DNA of 64,000 nucleotides, from assembly GCA_000002445.1 (NCBI GenBank), contig CH464491.1, forward strand, positions 608,001-672,000, given 5' to 3'. Position numbers and translations under genes: made by a program. Shown here piece by piece: positions 23,165 to 34,400 of the stretch (the stretch's first letter is position 1; each line of letters starts with the position of its first letter). This stretch comes from Trypanosoma brucei. Taxonomy: Eukaryota. Below the pieces are notes generated by a model. It was given only the letters and a program-made list of their open reading frames with translations, was not told where the DNA came from and did not search any database.

Positions 23165-26100
23165 ATGACTACATGGCTCTTCAATGTAAGTGTCTTGCAT
23201 CTGTCTGCCTCCTTCTCTGAGCCGCGACTAGCCTCCTTCGCGGCTGAGGGACAACTCGCGTGTCGTATGTTTTTCAACGGAAAACCTCTCGATCTCACAT
23301 TTCAGCCCGCATCGGAGATGATTGGAGGGGGAAAACCCCAGTCTACTTTTCTTTACCGTATCCAATCCCTCACGGTTGCTGACCTTTTAAACATGTTGAG
23401 GCAGAGGTCTGTGAGGTTTTACATCGTTCCCGTGAAAAGGAACAGTGATCCGTTAGGTAAGGAGATACGGGCGGCCTGCAGAGCGACCACGAACATCATG
23501 TGCATAGCAGAGCGTGGGGGTGGGCTGCTTGAACTTCCCCTGACATCTGCTGCTTCAAAGGAAGAAGGAAATAGTGGTATTGTAGGTACTCTTTCGGTAT
23601 GTATTGCTTTTGATCAGTTAGCGGAAGTGGAGTTACGTCTCAAGGAGTTTTACGTCTCGGGCTTGGAAAATGGGATATATGGATTGCATTGTCGTCTTGC
23701 CCCCTTCAAGGAGGGTGTTGTGAGCAAGTTGACGCGGGCGCTGTCTGGCACCGCTCGGTGGACTGACGCCGAAGTGCCTATGGCGAAGTATCGGGGTGTG
23801 CTGCGTAACTTAAAAAAGCATCAGTTTGCTATAGCTGTTTATTTGATAGATGGCAATAATAACGAAAGGCCAGTCGCGTCGTTTGAAGTGGATTTAGCAA
23901 TCAAAAATACAAGTGCGTCCTGCAAAGAGATAACAATCCCATTCTCCATGAGTGATGGAAAGACATCAACAACGGTGAACGGGGCTCTTCAACTGAGCGG
24001 GTTACCGACCTTTGAGGACGAAATGCAAAAAATATTACGAGCAGGTCCGGCATGCGTTGACACTGAAGATGAAAAGAAAGAGAAAAACAAATTCTCAGAT
24101 CCCGAAGGGGCCAAGAGCTCAGAGGCCGAGAGCACCACAGAAATTGATACAGAAAACTCAAGTATGGGTCGCCATCTCCCCGAATATTCGCAGGGATCGT
24201 CCCCTCCAATTGTTTCGCGCACATCAACCCCTACAAGAGCGTCACCACGGGATATTTCTTCCCCACCTAGCGAAGATCAAGATGCTGAAGATTGTCGATT
24301 CAGCTTTCCGAGTAAAAACAGCATTTCTGCCCTTTGGCACTCTGAAGCAGATCTGGAATCTCCAACACCGCCACCTGAGAAGGACATGGATGTGCATGGT
24401 GATGTTCCACCGCCAACACCGCCACCTGAGAAGGACATGGATGTGCATGGTGATGTTCCACCGCCAACACCGCCACCCGAGAAGGACATGGATGTGCATG
24501 GTGATGTTCCACCGCCAACACCGCCACCCGAGAAGGACATGGATGTGCATGGTGATGTTCCACCGCCAACACCGCCACCTGAGAAGGACATGGATGTGCA
24601 TGGTGATGTTCCACCGCCAACACCGCCACCCGAGAAGGACATGGATGTGCATGGTGATGTTCCACCGCCAACACCGCCACCCGAGAAGGACATGGATGTG
24701 CATGGTGATGTTCCACCGCCAACACCGCCACCTGAGAAGGACATGGATGTGCATGGTGATGTTCCACCGCCAACACCGCCACCCGAGAAGGACATGGATG
24801 TGCATGGTGATGTTCCACCGCCAACACCACCACCCGAGAAGGACATGGATGTGCATGGTGATGTTCCACCGCCAACACCGCCACCCGAGAAGGACATGGA
24901 TGTGCATGGTGATGTTCCACCGCCAACACCGCCACCCGAGAAGGACATGGATGTGCATGGTGATGTTCCACCGCCAACACCACCACCCGAGAAGGACATG
25001 GATGTGCATGGTGATGTTCCACCGCCAACACCGCCACCCGAGAAGGACATGGATGTGCATGGTGATGTTCCACCGCCAACACCGCCACCCGAGAAGGACA
25101 TGGATGTGCATGGTGATGTTCCACCGCCAACACCGCCACCCGAGAAGGACATGGATGTGCATGGTGATGTTCCACCGCCAACACCGCCACCCGAGAAGGA
25201 CATGGATGTGCATGGTGATGTTCCACCGCCAACACCGCCACCCGAGAAGGACATGGATGTGCATGGTGATGTTCCACCGCCAACACCGCCACCTGAGAAG
25301 GACATGGATGTGCATGGTGATGTTCCACCGCCAACACCACCACCTGAGAAGGACATGGATGTGCATGGTGATGTTCCACCGCCAACACCGCCACCCGAGA
25401 AGGACATGGATGTGCATGGTGATGTTCCACCGCCAACACCGCCACCCGAGAAGGACATGGATGTGCATGGTGATGTTCCACCGCCAACACCGCCACCTGA
25501 GAAGGACATGGATGTGCATGGTGATGTTCCACCGCCAACACCGCCACCCGAGAAGGACATGGATGTGCATGGTGATGTTCCACCGCCAACACCACCACCC
25601 GAGAAGGACATGGATGTGCATGGTGATGTTCCACCGCCAACACCACCACCCGAGAAGGACATGGATGTGCATGGTGATGTTCCACCGCCAACACCACCAC
25701 CCGAGAAGGACATGGATGTGCATGGTGATGTTCCACCGCCAACACCACCACCCGAGAAGGACATGGATGTGCATGGTGATGTTCCACCGCCAACACCACC
25801 ACCCGAGAAGGACATGGATGTGCATGGTGATGTTCCACCGCCAACACCGCCACCCGAGAAGGACATGGATGTGCATGGTGATGTTCCACCGCCAACACCA
25901 CCACCTGAGAAGGACATGGATGTGCATGGTGATGTTCCACCGCCAACACCACCACCCGAGAAGGACATGGATGTGCATGGTGATGTTCCACCGCCAACAC
26001 CGCCACCCGAGAAGGACATGGATGTGCATGGTGATGTTCCACCGCCAACACCGCCACCCGAGAAGGACATGGATGTGCATGGTGATGTTCCACCGCCAAC

Positions 26101-27475
26101 ACCACCACCCGAGAAGGACATGGATGTGCATGGTGATGTTCCACCGCCAACACCACCACCTGAGAAGGACATGGATGTGCATGGTGATGTTCCACCGCCA
26201 ACACCGCCACCCGAGAAGGACATGGATGTGCATGGTGATGTTCCACCGCCAACACCACCACCCGAGAAGGACATGGATGTGCATGGTGATGTTCCACCGC
26301 CAACACCACCACCTGAGAAGGACATGGATGTGCATGGTGATGTTCCACCGCCAACACCACCACCCGAGAAGGACATGGATGTGCATGGTGATGTTCCACC
26401 GCCAACACCACCACCCGAGAAGGACATGGATGTGCATGGTGATGTTCCACCGCCAACACCGCCACCCGAGAAGGACATGGATGTGCATGGTGATGTTCCA
26501 CCGCCAACACCGCCACCCGAGAAGGACATGGATGTGCATGGTGATGTTCCACCGCCAACACCGCCACCTGAGAAGGACATGGATGTGCATGGTGATGTTC
26601 CACCGCCAACACCACCACCCGAGAAGGACATGGATGTGCATGGTGATGTTCCACCGCCAACACCGTCACCTGAGAAGGACATGGATGTGCATGGTGATGT
26701 TCCACCGCCAACACCGCCACCTGAGAAGGACATGGATGTGCATGGTGATGTTCCGATGGTTGTGGAGGGTAGTGCAAATGTTGATTCTTCATGTGTGCTT
26801 GTTTGTAGTGGAGGTGCTGAAGAAGTTGTTGATGTCCCTGCAGATCTTGAATCGGTTGATGATGAAAATGTTTATGTTTCCGAATTGCAATCCACTGCTG
26901 TTTTGAATGAAGATGTTACATTGTTGTTAGATGAATGTGACAGAATGGTGGTAGGTCGTGACGAGGGTGCCTCTGGTAGATCTGTTGGCGTGCCAACACT
27001 ACAGGCTTCTAATTTAATAGAATTTCCACCGCCATCAAATGGAAAAGAACCTGCTACCTCGAGGGAAGAGGCAGCTGATCTTCTTTTAACACGTGAGAGG
27101 GAACTGCTCGATGCGATGGAACATGAGAATGAGTGTATTGACATGCTTGTGCAGTCTCTTAGAAGGATGGATAATGCATCTGAGAAGGATAGGGCTGCTT
27201 ATTGTGCCGAAGTGGACAGGTTGCAGCAGCAGTTTAAGCTGCTGGATGAAGCGGAGGAGGAGCTGACGTTGCTGCTGGCGCGTGCCACCCAAAGGTTTAA
27301 TTTATGTCGTGAGGAACGTCGGAAATCACAGTTGGAGCTCTTGGAGGCGCGCGCGCGGAAGGAAACGTACAGTTTGGCACTTGCTATGATGGACCGGGAG
27401 TTGCGTACACAGTTTGATAACGATGGCAACCGTCGCCCAGGAGGGATGTTCCTATCCAAAAGTGACTCTTCATAA
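23165..27475 (+). CDS. large tandem-repeat protein
   Basis: This is one continuous ORF, with the first ATG at 23165 (track start 23156 is TTG). Protein architecture: a unique ~400-aa N-terminal region, then 47 tandem 17-aa repeats (PPPTPPPEKDMDVHGDV), then a ~240-aa C-terminal region with coiled-coil character (LLTRERELLDAMEHENE...LQQQFKLLDEAEEELTLL). The repeat DNA is nearly invariant, with only synonymous changes plus one Pro-to-Ser change. No stop codon interrupts the array. Confidence 0.85.
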   Translation: MTTWLFNVSVLHLSASFSEPRLASFAAEGQLACRMFFNGKPLDLTFQPASEMIGGGKPQSTFLYRIQSLTVADLLNMLRQRSVRFYIVPVKRNSDPLGKEIRAACRATTNIMCIAERGGGLLELPLTSAASKEEGNSGIVGTLSVCIAFDQLAEVELRLKEFYVSGLENGIYGLHCRLAPFKEGVVSKLTRALSGTARWTDAEVPMAKYRGVLRNLKKHQFAIAVYLIDGNNNERPVASFEVDLAIKNTSASCKEITIPFSMSDGKTSTTVNGALQLSGLPTFEDEMQKILRAGPACVDTEDEKKEKNKFSDPEGAKSSEAESTTEIDTENSSMGRHLPEYSQGSSPPIVSRTSTPTRASPRDISSPPSEDQDAEDCRFSFPSKNSISALWHSEADLESPTPPPEKDMDVHGDVPPPTPPPEKDMDVHGDVPPPTPPPEKDMDVHGDVPPPTPPPEKDMDVHGDVPPPTPPPEKDMDVHGDVPPPTPPPEKDMDVHGDVPPPTPPPEKDMDVHGDVPPPTPPPEKDMDVHGDVPPPTPPPEKDMDVHGDVPPPTPPPEKDMDVHGDVPPPTPPPEKDMDVHGDVPPPTPPPEKDMDVHGDVPPPTPPPEKDMDVHGDVPPPTPPPEKDMDVHGDVPPPTPPPEKDMDVHGDVPPPTPPPEKDMDVHGDVPPPTPPPEKDMDVHGDVPPPTPPPEKDMDVHGDVPPPTPPPEKDMDVHGDVPPPTPPPEKDMDVHGDVPPPTPPPEKDMDVHGDVPPPTPPPEKDMDVHGDVPPPTPPPEKDMDVHGDVPPPTPPPEKDMDVHGDVPPPTPPPEKDMDVHGDVPPPTPPPEKDMDVHGDVPPPTPPPEKDMDVHGDVPPPTPPPEKDMDVHGDVPPPTPPPEKDMDVHGDVPPPTPPPEKDMDVHGDVPPPTPPPEKDMDVHGDVPPPTPPPEKDMDVHGDVPPPTPPPEKDMDVHGDVPPPTPPPEKDMDVHGDVPPPTPPPEKDMDVHGDVPPPTPPPEKDMDVHGDVPPPTPPPEKDMDVHGDVPPPTPPPEKDMDVHGDVPPPTPPPEKDMDVHGDVPPPTPPPEKDMDVHGDVPPPTPPPEKDMDVHGDVPPPTPPPEKDMDVHGDVPPPTPPPEKDMDVHGDVPPPTPPPEKDMDVHGDVPPPTPPPEKDMDVHGDVPPPTPSPEKDMDVHGDVPPPTPPPEKDMDVHGDVPMVVEGSANVDSSCVLVCSGGAEEVVDVPADLESVDDENVYVSELQSTAVLNEDVTLLLDECDRMVVGRDEGASGRSVGVPTLQASNLIEFPPPSNGKEPATSREEAADLLLTRERELLDAMEHENECIDMLVQSLRRMDNASEKDRAAYCAEVDRLQQQFKLLDEAEEELTLLLARATQRFNLCREERRKSQLELLEARARKETYSLALAMMDRELRTQFDNDGNRRPGGMFLSKSDSS
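24356..26755 (+). repeat. 51-bp tandem repeat array, 47 copies, in frame within the CDS 23165..27475
   Basis: The unit is ccaacacc[g/a]ccacc[t/c]gagaaggacatggatgtgcatggtgatgttccaccg, repeated head-to-tail. The only variable positions are two third-codon positions (ccg/cca and cct/ccc) and a single c>t change (Pro to Ser) in unit 46. The periodicity leaves three + frames and three - frames open, which explains the 800-960-aa 'ORFs' in every other frame. Confidence 0.97.
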
Positions 27476-27935
27476 ACACGTCTCATTTTTTTCTCTAGGT
27501 GGGGCACAGGTGAGTAGGATTGAATATCCGGTTACTCTGCCTTTAACTTCGGAGTGGAAATGGTGCCTTTAACCGATTTTTCACCTTGTACGGTATTGTA
27601 CAGGTGTAGCTACTACTGATTTTTTTTTCACATTCGGCTGCACATTGGGTGTGCAACCGGACAATGTTTCGAAGCGGGTGCTGATTTTGGCGCTGGGGAT
27701 GAAACCACGCGACAGCATTCGCGTGAGTTTGAGGTTGCTTCGTCTATGCAAGTGACTCCGTTGCTTTCACTAATTGCTGTGGACCCCTCCTGGGGGGAAG
27801 GGACTCAGTGGGCAAAGCAAATGTCGTCTTTTTGGCTTGTTTTGATGCTACGGAAAATCGCTCCTTCCTCTTTTGTATTGTCCGCTAGAATACCCGTTTG
27901 TCACTTTGTATACCCACATTTTTGATGCAGTGTAA

Positions 27936-28030
27936 CCCTCCCTCCTTTTCCCCATTTTTTCTTTTACATTTGATGATTTCGTCCTCGAAAAAATAATACA
28001 ATAGTTGCACTAAGCGCTACAAGGTAAACC
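27936..28030 (+). promoter_or_regulatory. polypyrimidine tract plus AG upstream of eRF1 (candidate trans-splice acceptor region)
   Basis: ccctccctccttttccccattttttcttttacatttg followed by AG dinucleotides, 60-90 nt upstream of ATG 28031. This is the arrangement expected for kinetoplastid SL addition sites. Confidence 0.45.
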
Positions 28031-29389
28031 ATGGCCGACCACGAGTTGTCCGAGTCCGAGAAGGCAATTGAACGATATAAGGTGAAGAAGCTCATCCAAA
28101 TGCTCGAGAGTGCTCGCGGTATGGGCACAAGCGTCATAAGCATTTACATGACCCCAAAGGAGCAGATATCTGGCATGGTAACCAAACTGAACAACGAGTA
28201 CGGAACGGCCTCCAACATCAAATCGCACACCAACAAGCTTAGCGTTCAAAGTGCCATCACTGCCTCTCTCGGTAGGTTAAAGCAGTACAACCGACTCCCA
28301 CCTAATGGGCTCCTCCTCTACTGCGGTACCGTCCTCACGGCAGAAAACAAGGAGAAAAAACTTACACTTGATATTGAGCCTTTCAAGCCGGTTAGCCGGA
28401 GCCTATACCTCTGTGACAACAAGTTCCACACCGAAGAGCTCCACCGCATGCTGGAGTCTGATGAGAAGTTTGGATTCATTGTTGTAGACGGTAGTGGCAC
28501 AACCTATGCAACTCTTTGTGGGAGTGTGAAGGAGAAGCTGAGTTCATTCACCGTAGAGCTACCGAAAAAGCACGGAAGAGGTGGTCAAAGTAAAAATCGT
28601 TTCGCACGTATTCGTATGGAAAGGCGCCACAACTACCTTCGCAAGGTGGCCGAAGGCGCCACGCAATTATTTATAACAAACGACCGTCCAAATATCGTGG
28701 GGCTCGTGCTTGCCGGTTCTGCTGAGTTCAAGGAAGTGTTGTACCAGTCAGATCTGTTTGATCCGCGCCTGAAAGCGATCGTGGTGAAGGTTGTAGATGT
28801 TGCCCACCCGGGCGATGTGGGCCTCAATCAGGCCATAGATCTCGCGGCGGATGCGCTGTCTGGAGTTAAGCTCGTACAAGAGAAGAAACTACTTCAGGGA
28901 TTCTTCGATCAGATCGCTTGTGATACGCAGCTGTATTGCTTTGGTGTTCAGGATACCCTGAAGTGCTTGGAGGCGGGCGCGGTGGAAACACTTATTGTGT
29001 ATGAAGACCTTAACATTTACCGCTACACTGTTGTGAAGAATCGCGGAGCAGACGATGAGGAAACCTTCGTCCATGTTATGTCGGAGGAAGAAGCAAAGAG
29101 GTCTAATATACACATGCAGGAGTCCGGGAAGACACGCAATGAAATTGAACAGGAAGACTTTGTCGACTGGCTCGCGACAAACTACCGCAAGTTTGGTTGC
29201 GCCTTGGAGTTGATCACGAATCGCAGCCAGGAGGGAACTCAATTCGTCCGCGGTTTTGGAGGGATTGGAGGTGTGTTGCGGTATAAACTTGATATTATTG
29301 CTTTGCGTGATGTGGAGAAAAAAGAAGATGATGAGGAGCGCATTGCAGCGAACAATGAGGAGTTTGACTTCGACGACGACTTTATGTAA
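28031..29389 (+). CDS. ERF1: eukaryotic peptide chain release factor subunit 1 (eRF1)
   Basis: ATG at 28031. The NIKS stop-codon recognition motif is present (GTASNIKSHTNKL). The GGQ peptidyl-tRNA hydrolysis motif is present (KHGRGGQSKNRFARIR). Overall it is collinear with eRF1 domains 1-3, with an acidic C-terminal tail (EEFDFDDDFM). Confidence 0.95.
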   Translation: MADHELSESEKAIERYKVKKLIQMLESARGMGTSVISIYMTPKEQISGMVTKLNNEYGTASNIKSHTNKLSVQSAITASLGRLKQYNRLPPNGLLLYCGTVLTAENKEKKLTLDIEPFKPVSRSLYLCDNKFHTEELHRMLESDEKFGFIVVDGSGTTYATLCGSVKEKLSSFTVELPKKHGRGGQSKNRFARIRMERRHNYLRKVAEGATQLFITNDRPNIVGLVLAGSAEFKEVLYQSDLFDPRLKAIVVKVVDVAHPGDVGLNQAIDLAADALSGVKLVQEKKLLQGFFDQIACDTQLYCFGVQDTLKCLEAGAVETLIVYEDLNIYRYTVVKNRGADDEETFVHVMSEEEAKRSNIHMQESGKTRNEIEQEDFVDWLATNYRKFGCALELITNRSQEGTQFVRGFGGIGGVLRYKLDIIALRDVEKKEDDEERIAANNEEFDFDDDFM

Positions 29390-31450
29390 GACCACTTCCG
29401 TTTGGTATCGTTTTCGTGTCCGTGGACGTTGGGGCGCTCGTGCACGTTGTGTGTAATGAAGTAAATTTGAAATAGATGAGTGGTTAGCGTCATAAAGCTG
29501 TGGGTAGCAAGTAATTTCGTGTCAGACGCGTCATTTGTTTTGTCGAGTCGTTTACGGTGTGCCATCAATCGGAGTTTTTTTTTCCTTAAAAAAACTGTAG
29601 TTGATTCTTTAACGAAGGGTGCCGTGCTCCCTTACGGTGATGCGTTCATACGCTGTGCAAGAGTAAAAGGAGGGGGGTGGGGTAAGAAAGTTTGATTATT
29701 ATTATTACTACTACTTGTGGAAGGCTTTGAGTGAACTGTGGAGAAGTGTCGTGCCTAACGAGTCGGTGTTTACCCCAACGGCATGATGGCGGTGCTTCGG
29801 TAAAACTCGTACCATACGATGAGGGGAAGCAACGAGAGGCGCATAAAATGTTGAAGAAATGACTGGGTAATTAAGTATCTAATTAAAGAATACTAAATAT
29901 CTTTTGATACCGCTAGGAGTGTAACAACACGAAACCTGTGTATGTATTTGTGGTGTCGCTTTAGATACGAGTGAAGTGAAGGGAAGAAGAGGAGACCGAT
30001 GGCGTGCCGGCGGCAGTAAATGGTTGGAAAGAAACAAAAGGTGCGTTTTTGTGTCTTTTTCGGAATTGATAGTAATGAGAGGAAGTCGGGGATCTGTGGC
30101 TCTTATGATTTTTCGTTCACATGGTTCTGCAGTAACGTGTTTCAACAGTACTTTTTTTTTTCCTTGTGTTTGGAGTCTCCTCACCACTGTTTTTTCCTGC
30201 GACTTCCTCTCATTGCCCCTCCCTTTACTGTTGAGACTTTGTGGTGCGGTTGCTAGAGAGGGTTAAAGGGGAGAGGAAAAAAAAGAGAGAATAGGGATGA
30301 AGGTACTACGGGCGTTTACGTGCGACTGCACGAACGAGTCGTGGTTTGTTTCCCTAAAACATTTACGCTTCTATACGCATTAGCACGCACTCAAATATAT
30401 AGTCAAGACAACATTGGTTACTTTTTTGAGTACTGTTGCCTAACCGCTAATATTTCCCTATTTTGGACTTCTCGTCGTTGCACTCCCACACATATCTAAC
30501 TGAAATCACATCTACACACTCATCTGTCGTAGTTCCTCTTTTTTATTTTCCTTTATATGTTCTGGGATGTGGGGTTCTGTCCCTTTTCCCTGAGTTTTGT
30601 CCCGGGGGGGGGGGGGCCGAGGCGCTTTACGACCCTTGCGTTGATCTTAATTCCCCTCTCCATTATACTTCTTCGTCTTTCCATTTTCTTTTTTTGCTTC
30701 ACCGGAGGCGATCCCCCTCAAGAGGAGTTTCATTCTCTTTTGACTATATTTATTCATATAAAGGAAGTATCCGTATTTGTACTGGATGGTGTCACGTACA
30801 GCTCTTAACATGATCCAGTTGGAAGATCACTAGCGGTTGGGGAAGAGAGGGGGGGGGGCGGAGGGACATTGCCACAATTTGAAATTGTCGGGGTTGTTCT
30901 CTGTTCTCTCTTTCCCGTTTCTGTTGTATTTAATGATCATGTCCTTAGGAAAGTAGCGAATGGAGGTATTTATTGCGAATTCGTTTGGTTCGTCACGACT
31001 TAACGTGCGGTAACCGATGAATGTGGAAGAGTACAGCTTTTAATCATCGACACGTGATGCTAGGGTTGGTTGTTTGGTGTACGGGGACTGCATACAGCGT
31101 TGAAGGTGATACGAATTAAAAACTTCGTGTGGGAGCCAAGGATGCGGTGTTTGGGGATTCGTTTTTTTATTTCTTTCGTTTACGTTGTCAACTTTTGGTT
31201 TGACGCGCCGGGGTGTTCGAATACGTTAAGCGCTCCGCACCCTTCGTGCCTTTGTTGTCAGGTTCGTATCGGTAGCGTTGCTCTGTGTTGAAGTGTGTTC
31301 ATTATTATTTTTTTTTGGGGGTGGCTATTAGCTAACGGACACGCAGATATAAATGAATATATATATGTACTCATGTACCATTGTATTCATCACCAGACAC
31401 ATTTGAAGACTAACTGCTCTTTTCATGTATTTTTTCTCCTATTAAAGAAT

Positions 31451-34400
31451 ATGTATAAGCAGCACACGAACTTTGCGGCGGCAAACACTCCCCTCTTCAC
31501 GCAGCTGTTCGGTTCTGTTGCTGCAGACACCTCGAAACCACAGCAGCGAGTCGAAAAGGACACTTCAGAAGAATTTAATCGGCGTAATTCGGCGGATCCG
31601 GCTCAGCTTTCCCGTGGAAGAATTGTGGAGATGCAGTCGTCTGGAAGTAAACGTTACCAAACTGCTGATAGTGCTACTCAAACCACTCTGCCATGTAGCG
31701 AGGTTGTTGGATCAAATACCGAGGAAACAACCCAGAACTTCTTACGAGCCTGCCAACCTCAGGAAGTTGGACCGCCGCCGTGTGCTGAATTCAAACCGAT
31801 GGATGTTGAAGGTGGGGCTGATATCTCCGTGGAAGATGATGTACCTGCATGGAAGAAACCCACAATTCCCTTCCGGAAGATGATGCAAGAGTTGGAAAAG
31901 CGCTTCCACGAGCAAATGGATGTGCATCGCGGGCTTAAGTCTACGATGGAGCGCCTTGATGTTCTCCGAAGTGAAATTTCTCTCTACCAAGCTGAACAAC
32001 GCACAGCAAAGTTGGCCGAAGCATTGCACCAGAAAAATGCTTATTCGATTGAAAGAGCTGCGCAACTCTCTGCTTCCGCTTATGCTTATGCGGAATCTCT
32101 CTCTGCATTTTCTCCAAAGCCGCCTCCTGCAATCACGACTGCTCCGCCCCAGCAACAAACGAAGGCGGCTGCTTCCGAGACCACCCCGTTTCTCAAAAGC
32201 ATTTTGGAGTCTTATCAGAAGGAGCGCGAGGGCAAGACACGTGGGAAGAATGGAGAAGCCACTGATGTTCCCGTGAAGAAGGCGCTGTCTGTGGATATTA
32301 TTCGTCAGCCGGAAGAACCGCTTCCGTACAAGCGCGTATATTATGTGCCTGTTGTGGAGGAGAAACCTAATAGTGTGAGCGCCGTCAGGGAAGATGGTGT
32401 AAATGATGTTAACTCAACAGTGAGAGAAGGGAATGGAGCAGGAGCTTCCACTTCTTCCGTTAGTGTCGTTGCCGCAGGCCCTTCAGCGGCATCAAATTCC
32501 GAAATTTCTATTGAAAGCGGCGGTGTATCAGCGAACACTTCTGTGGGGAGCTCTGAAGTGGGCACGAATGTGATTTCTCAGAGCTTGGACACGGATCAGG
32601 TAAGTGAAACCAGATCCCTATCCGCTGCATCCTCCAGAAATTCACCTCCCTCTCCAACATCTTCGACACCATCCGTTAATGAGCTTTCCGCCTCAACGGG
32701 GCATTCATCCATCGCCGACGAGACTGGAAGCAGCATTAAAAGCTCTCACTCGACTAATATCCTCGCCACGCGAAATGAAGGCAAAGCGGAACCGCTGGTG
32801 ACGACACTTAAAGAATTTTATCGTGCCTGTGGAAATGCCAACCGTCTCATGCAGGCCCTACTTGGAAGAAATATTCGCCTGACAGCGGTAACGCCGAAAA
32901 AGAAAGGAGACGCATATAAAGAGAGGGAAGAGCACTCTGCCTCGTCCGAAAGTAGCGATAGCCGAAATGTGAAACAGAGTGAAAAACCCGAGTGGTTGGC
33001 TGCTTTGAAGCGCGATGTGAGAGATATTCGGAAGCTCCGACGGTTTATTGATCGCATGAAGCGGAATATTAAGTCGATTGACTGTCATCACCGTGCTCAG
33101 GAAGTGCGGCGAAAACTGTTTGTGAAAGCACAGCGGCTCGCAAAAGCACAACGACGGGTTCGGAACAACATGGATGCGGTGTCGGACGTTATGGATGAAA
33201 TCGCGGACATAATTAGAAGTGATGCCAGTGGTGCTGGTGATGAAGACGAGGTGGTGGATGATATTTCTGTAGCATTTTCTGCGGAGGGTAGCGACAGCAT
33301 CATGGATGAAGTCGATGATGAATTTAACTTCGGCGGAACGACGCGAAGTGGAGGCGGCATCTCAGATGAGGTGGATGATGAGGTGGTGGACGAGTTGCAG
33401 CAGAGTCGCTTAGGGAGTGCTGATGATGATGTCGTAACCGATGTTGTCAGTGAACTCAGTTGGGCAAAGGAGGAGAGTGATTTTGCCGAGGCGCTCGCGG
33501 AAGTGAGTGACATCAATGACTTGTTGGATGACGAAGTTCCTCTTCCTGATGAGGAATCTCTGATGGACGATGTTGTTGATGAGGATCTACCACCTGCTTC
33601 CTCTATAGAAACAGAAGGGAGTATTGAAGACCGTGTCGCGGCCGCTGGTGTTGATGATGTCGCTGATAACGTTATCAGTGGCGCCGTCGACGGCATTGTT
33701 GATGATGTTGAGGATGCTGCCTCGTCCGCCGTGATCACTGAGGAGTCGAGTGCTGATAATGCTGATGTGTCCAGCGTTATGCCGGCCTCTTCCGCTTCTA
33801 CCCGATCGTCAGAAGACACTGAGGATAGCGTGAAGCGTATGAGAGATATGAGTATGAGCAGAATTTATGATGATACAGAATCGGCGGAGAGTGCTCTTAA
33901 TGAACTAGAACGCGCTATGAGGATACCGACGAAGCAGCGCTCTCTGTCAAGTTCTGGGGCTCACCCGGTAAACTTCTTGGGGCTGGACATACAAAATGCG
34001 ATGAGTGCCGAAACCCTTGTAACCGAGGAATTAAAGGACGGATACGTGGTCAGGTCCGACTCTCATACATGGGAAAGCACTCTCCATAATGACGTTGCTT
34101 TCCCCCCTGCTCCCGCCGATATTACCCTCAGTGCTGATATAAACACGAACCCACCCACTCTGCGAAGTCTTTCCACGCCGACGAGCGTTGCTTCAGTGGC
34201 GGGTCTACCAGTGAAGGCTCCAGGTTGCGCTAATTACGAAACCGATGATATCGTTGCTCAGCTTAACTGGAAGGAACGGCAGCTGCTTCTATTTGAGAAG
34301 ATTCACCCAAAAACGATGTGGACTCAGGCAGAGACTGAGGACACACCAGCGGATGCGGAGGGGCCCGTCGAGGGTCGAGCGGGGTACCACTGGGGAATGT

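Noticed and set aside
24012-26906. Very long ORFs in the other two + frames and all three - frames across the repeat (964, 799, 818 and 830 aa: MFHRQHRHPRRTWMC..., MHIHVLLGWRCWRWNIT..., MSFSGGGVGGGTSPCTS..., HHHAHPCPS...)
   Set aside because: They exist only because a 51-bp (17-codon) perfect repeat with no stop codon in any frame is iterated 47 times. They begin and end at the array edges. Their peptides are implausible (His/Trp/Cys-rich). Only the frame continuous with the unique N- and C-terminal domains (23165..27475) is credible.
28031-29389. Checked eRF1 for signs of stop-codon reassignment
   Set aside because: The NIKS and GGQ motifs are canonical. Every confident CDS in the window ends at a standard stop with no in-frame internal stops. 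The standard genetic code applies.
33097-33819. A 240-aa Ser/Thr-rich ORF antisense to the acidic protein gene
   Set aside because: It is a mirror-composition artefact of the D/E/V-rich sense strand. It has no independent start context, and its strand is opposite to the transcription unit.
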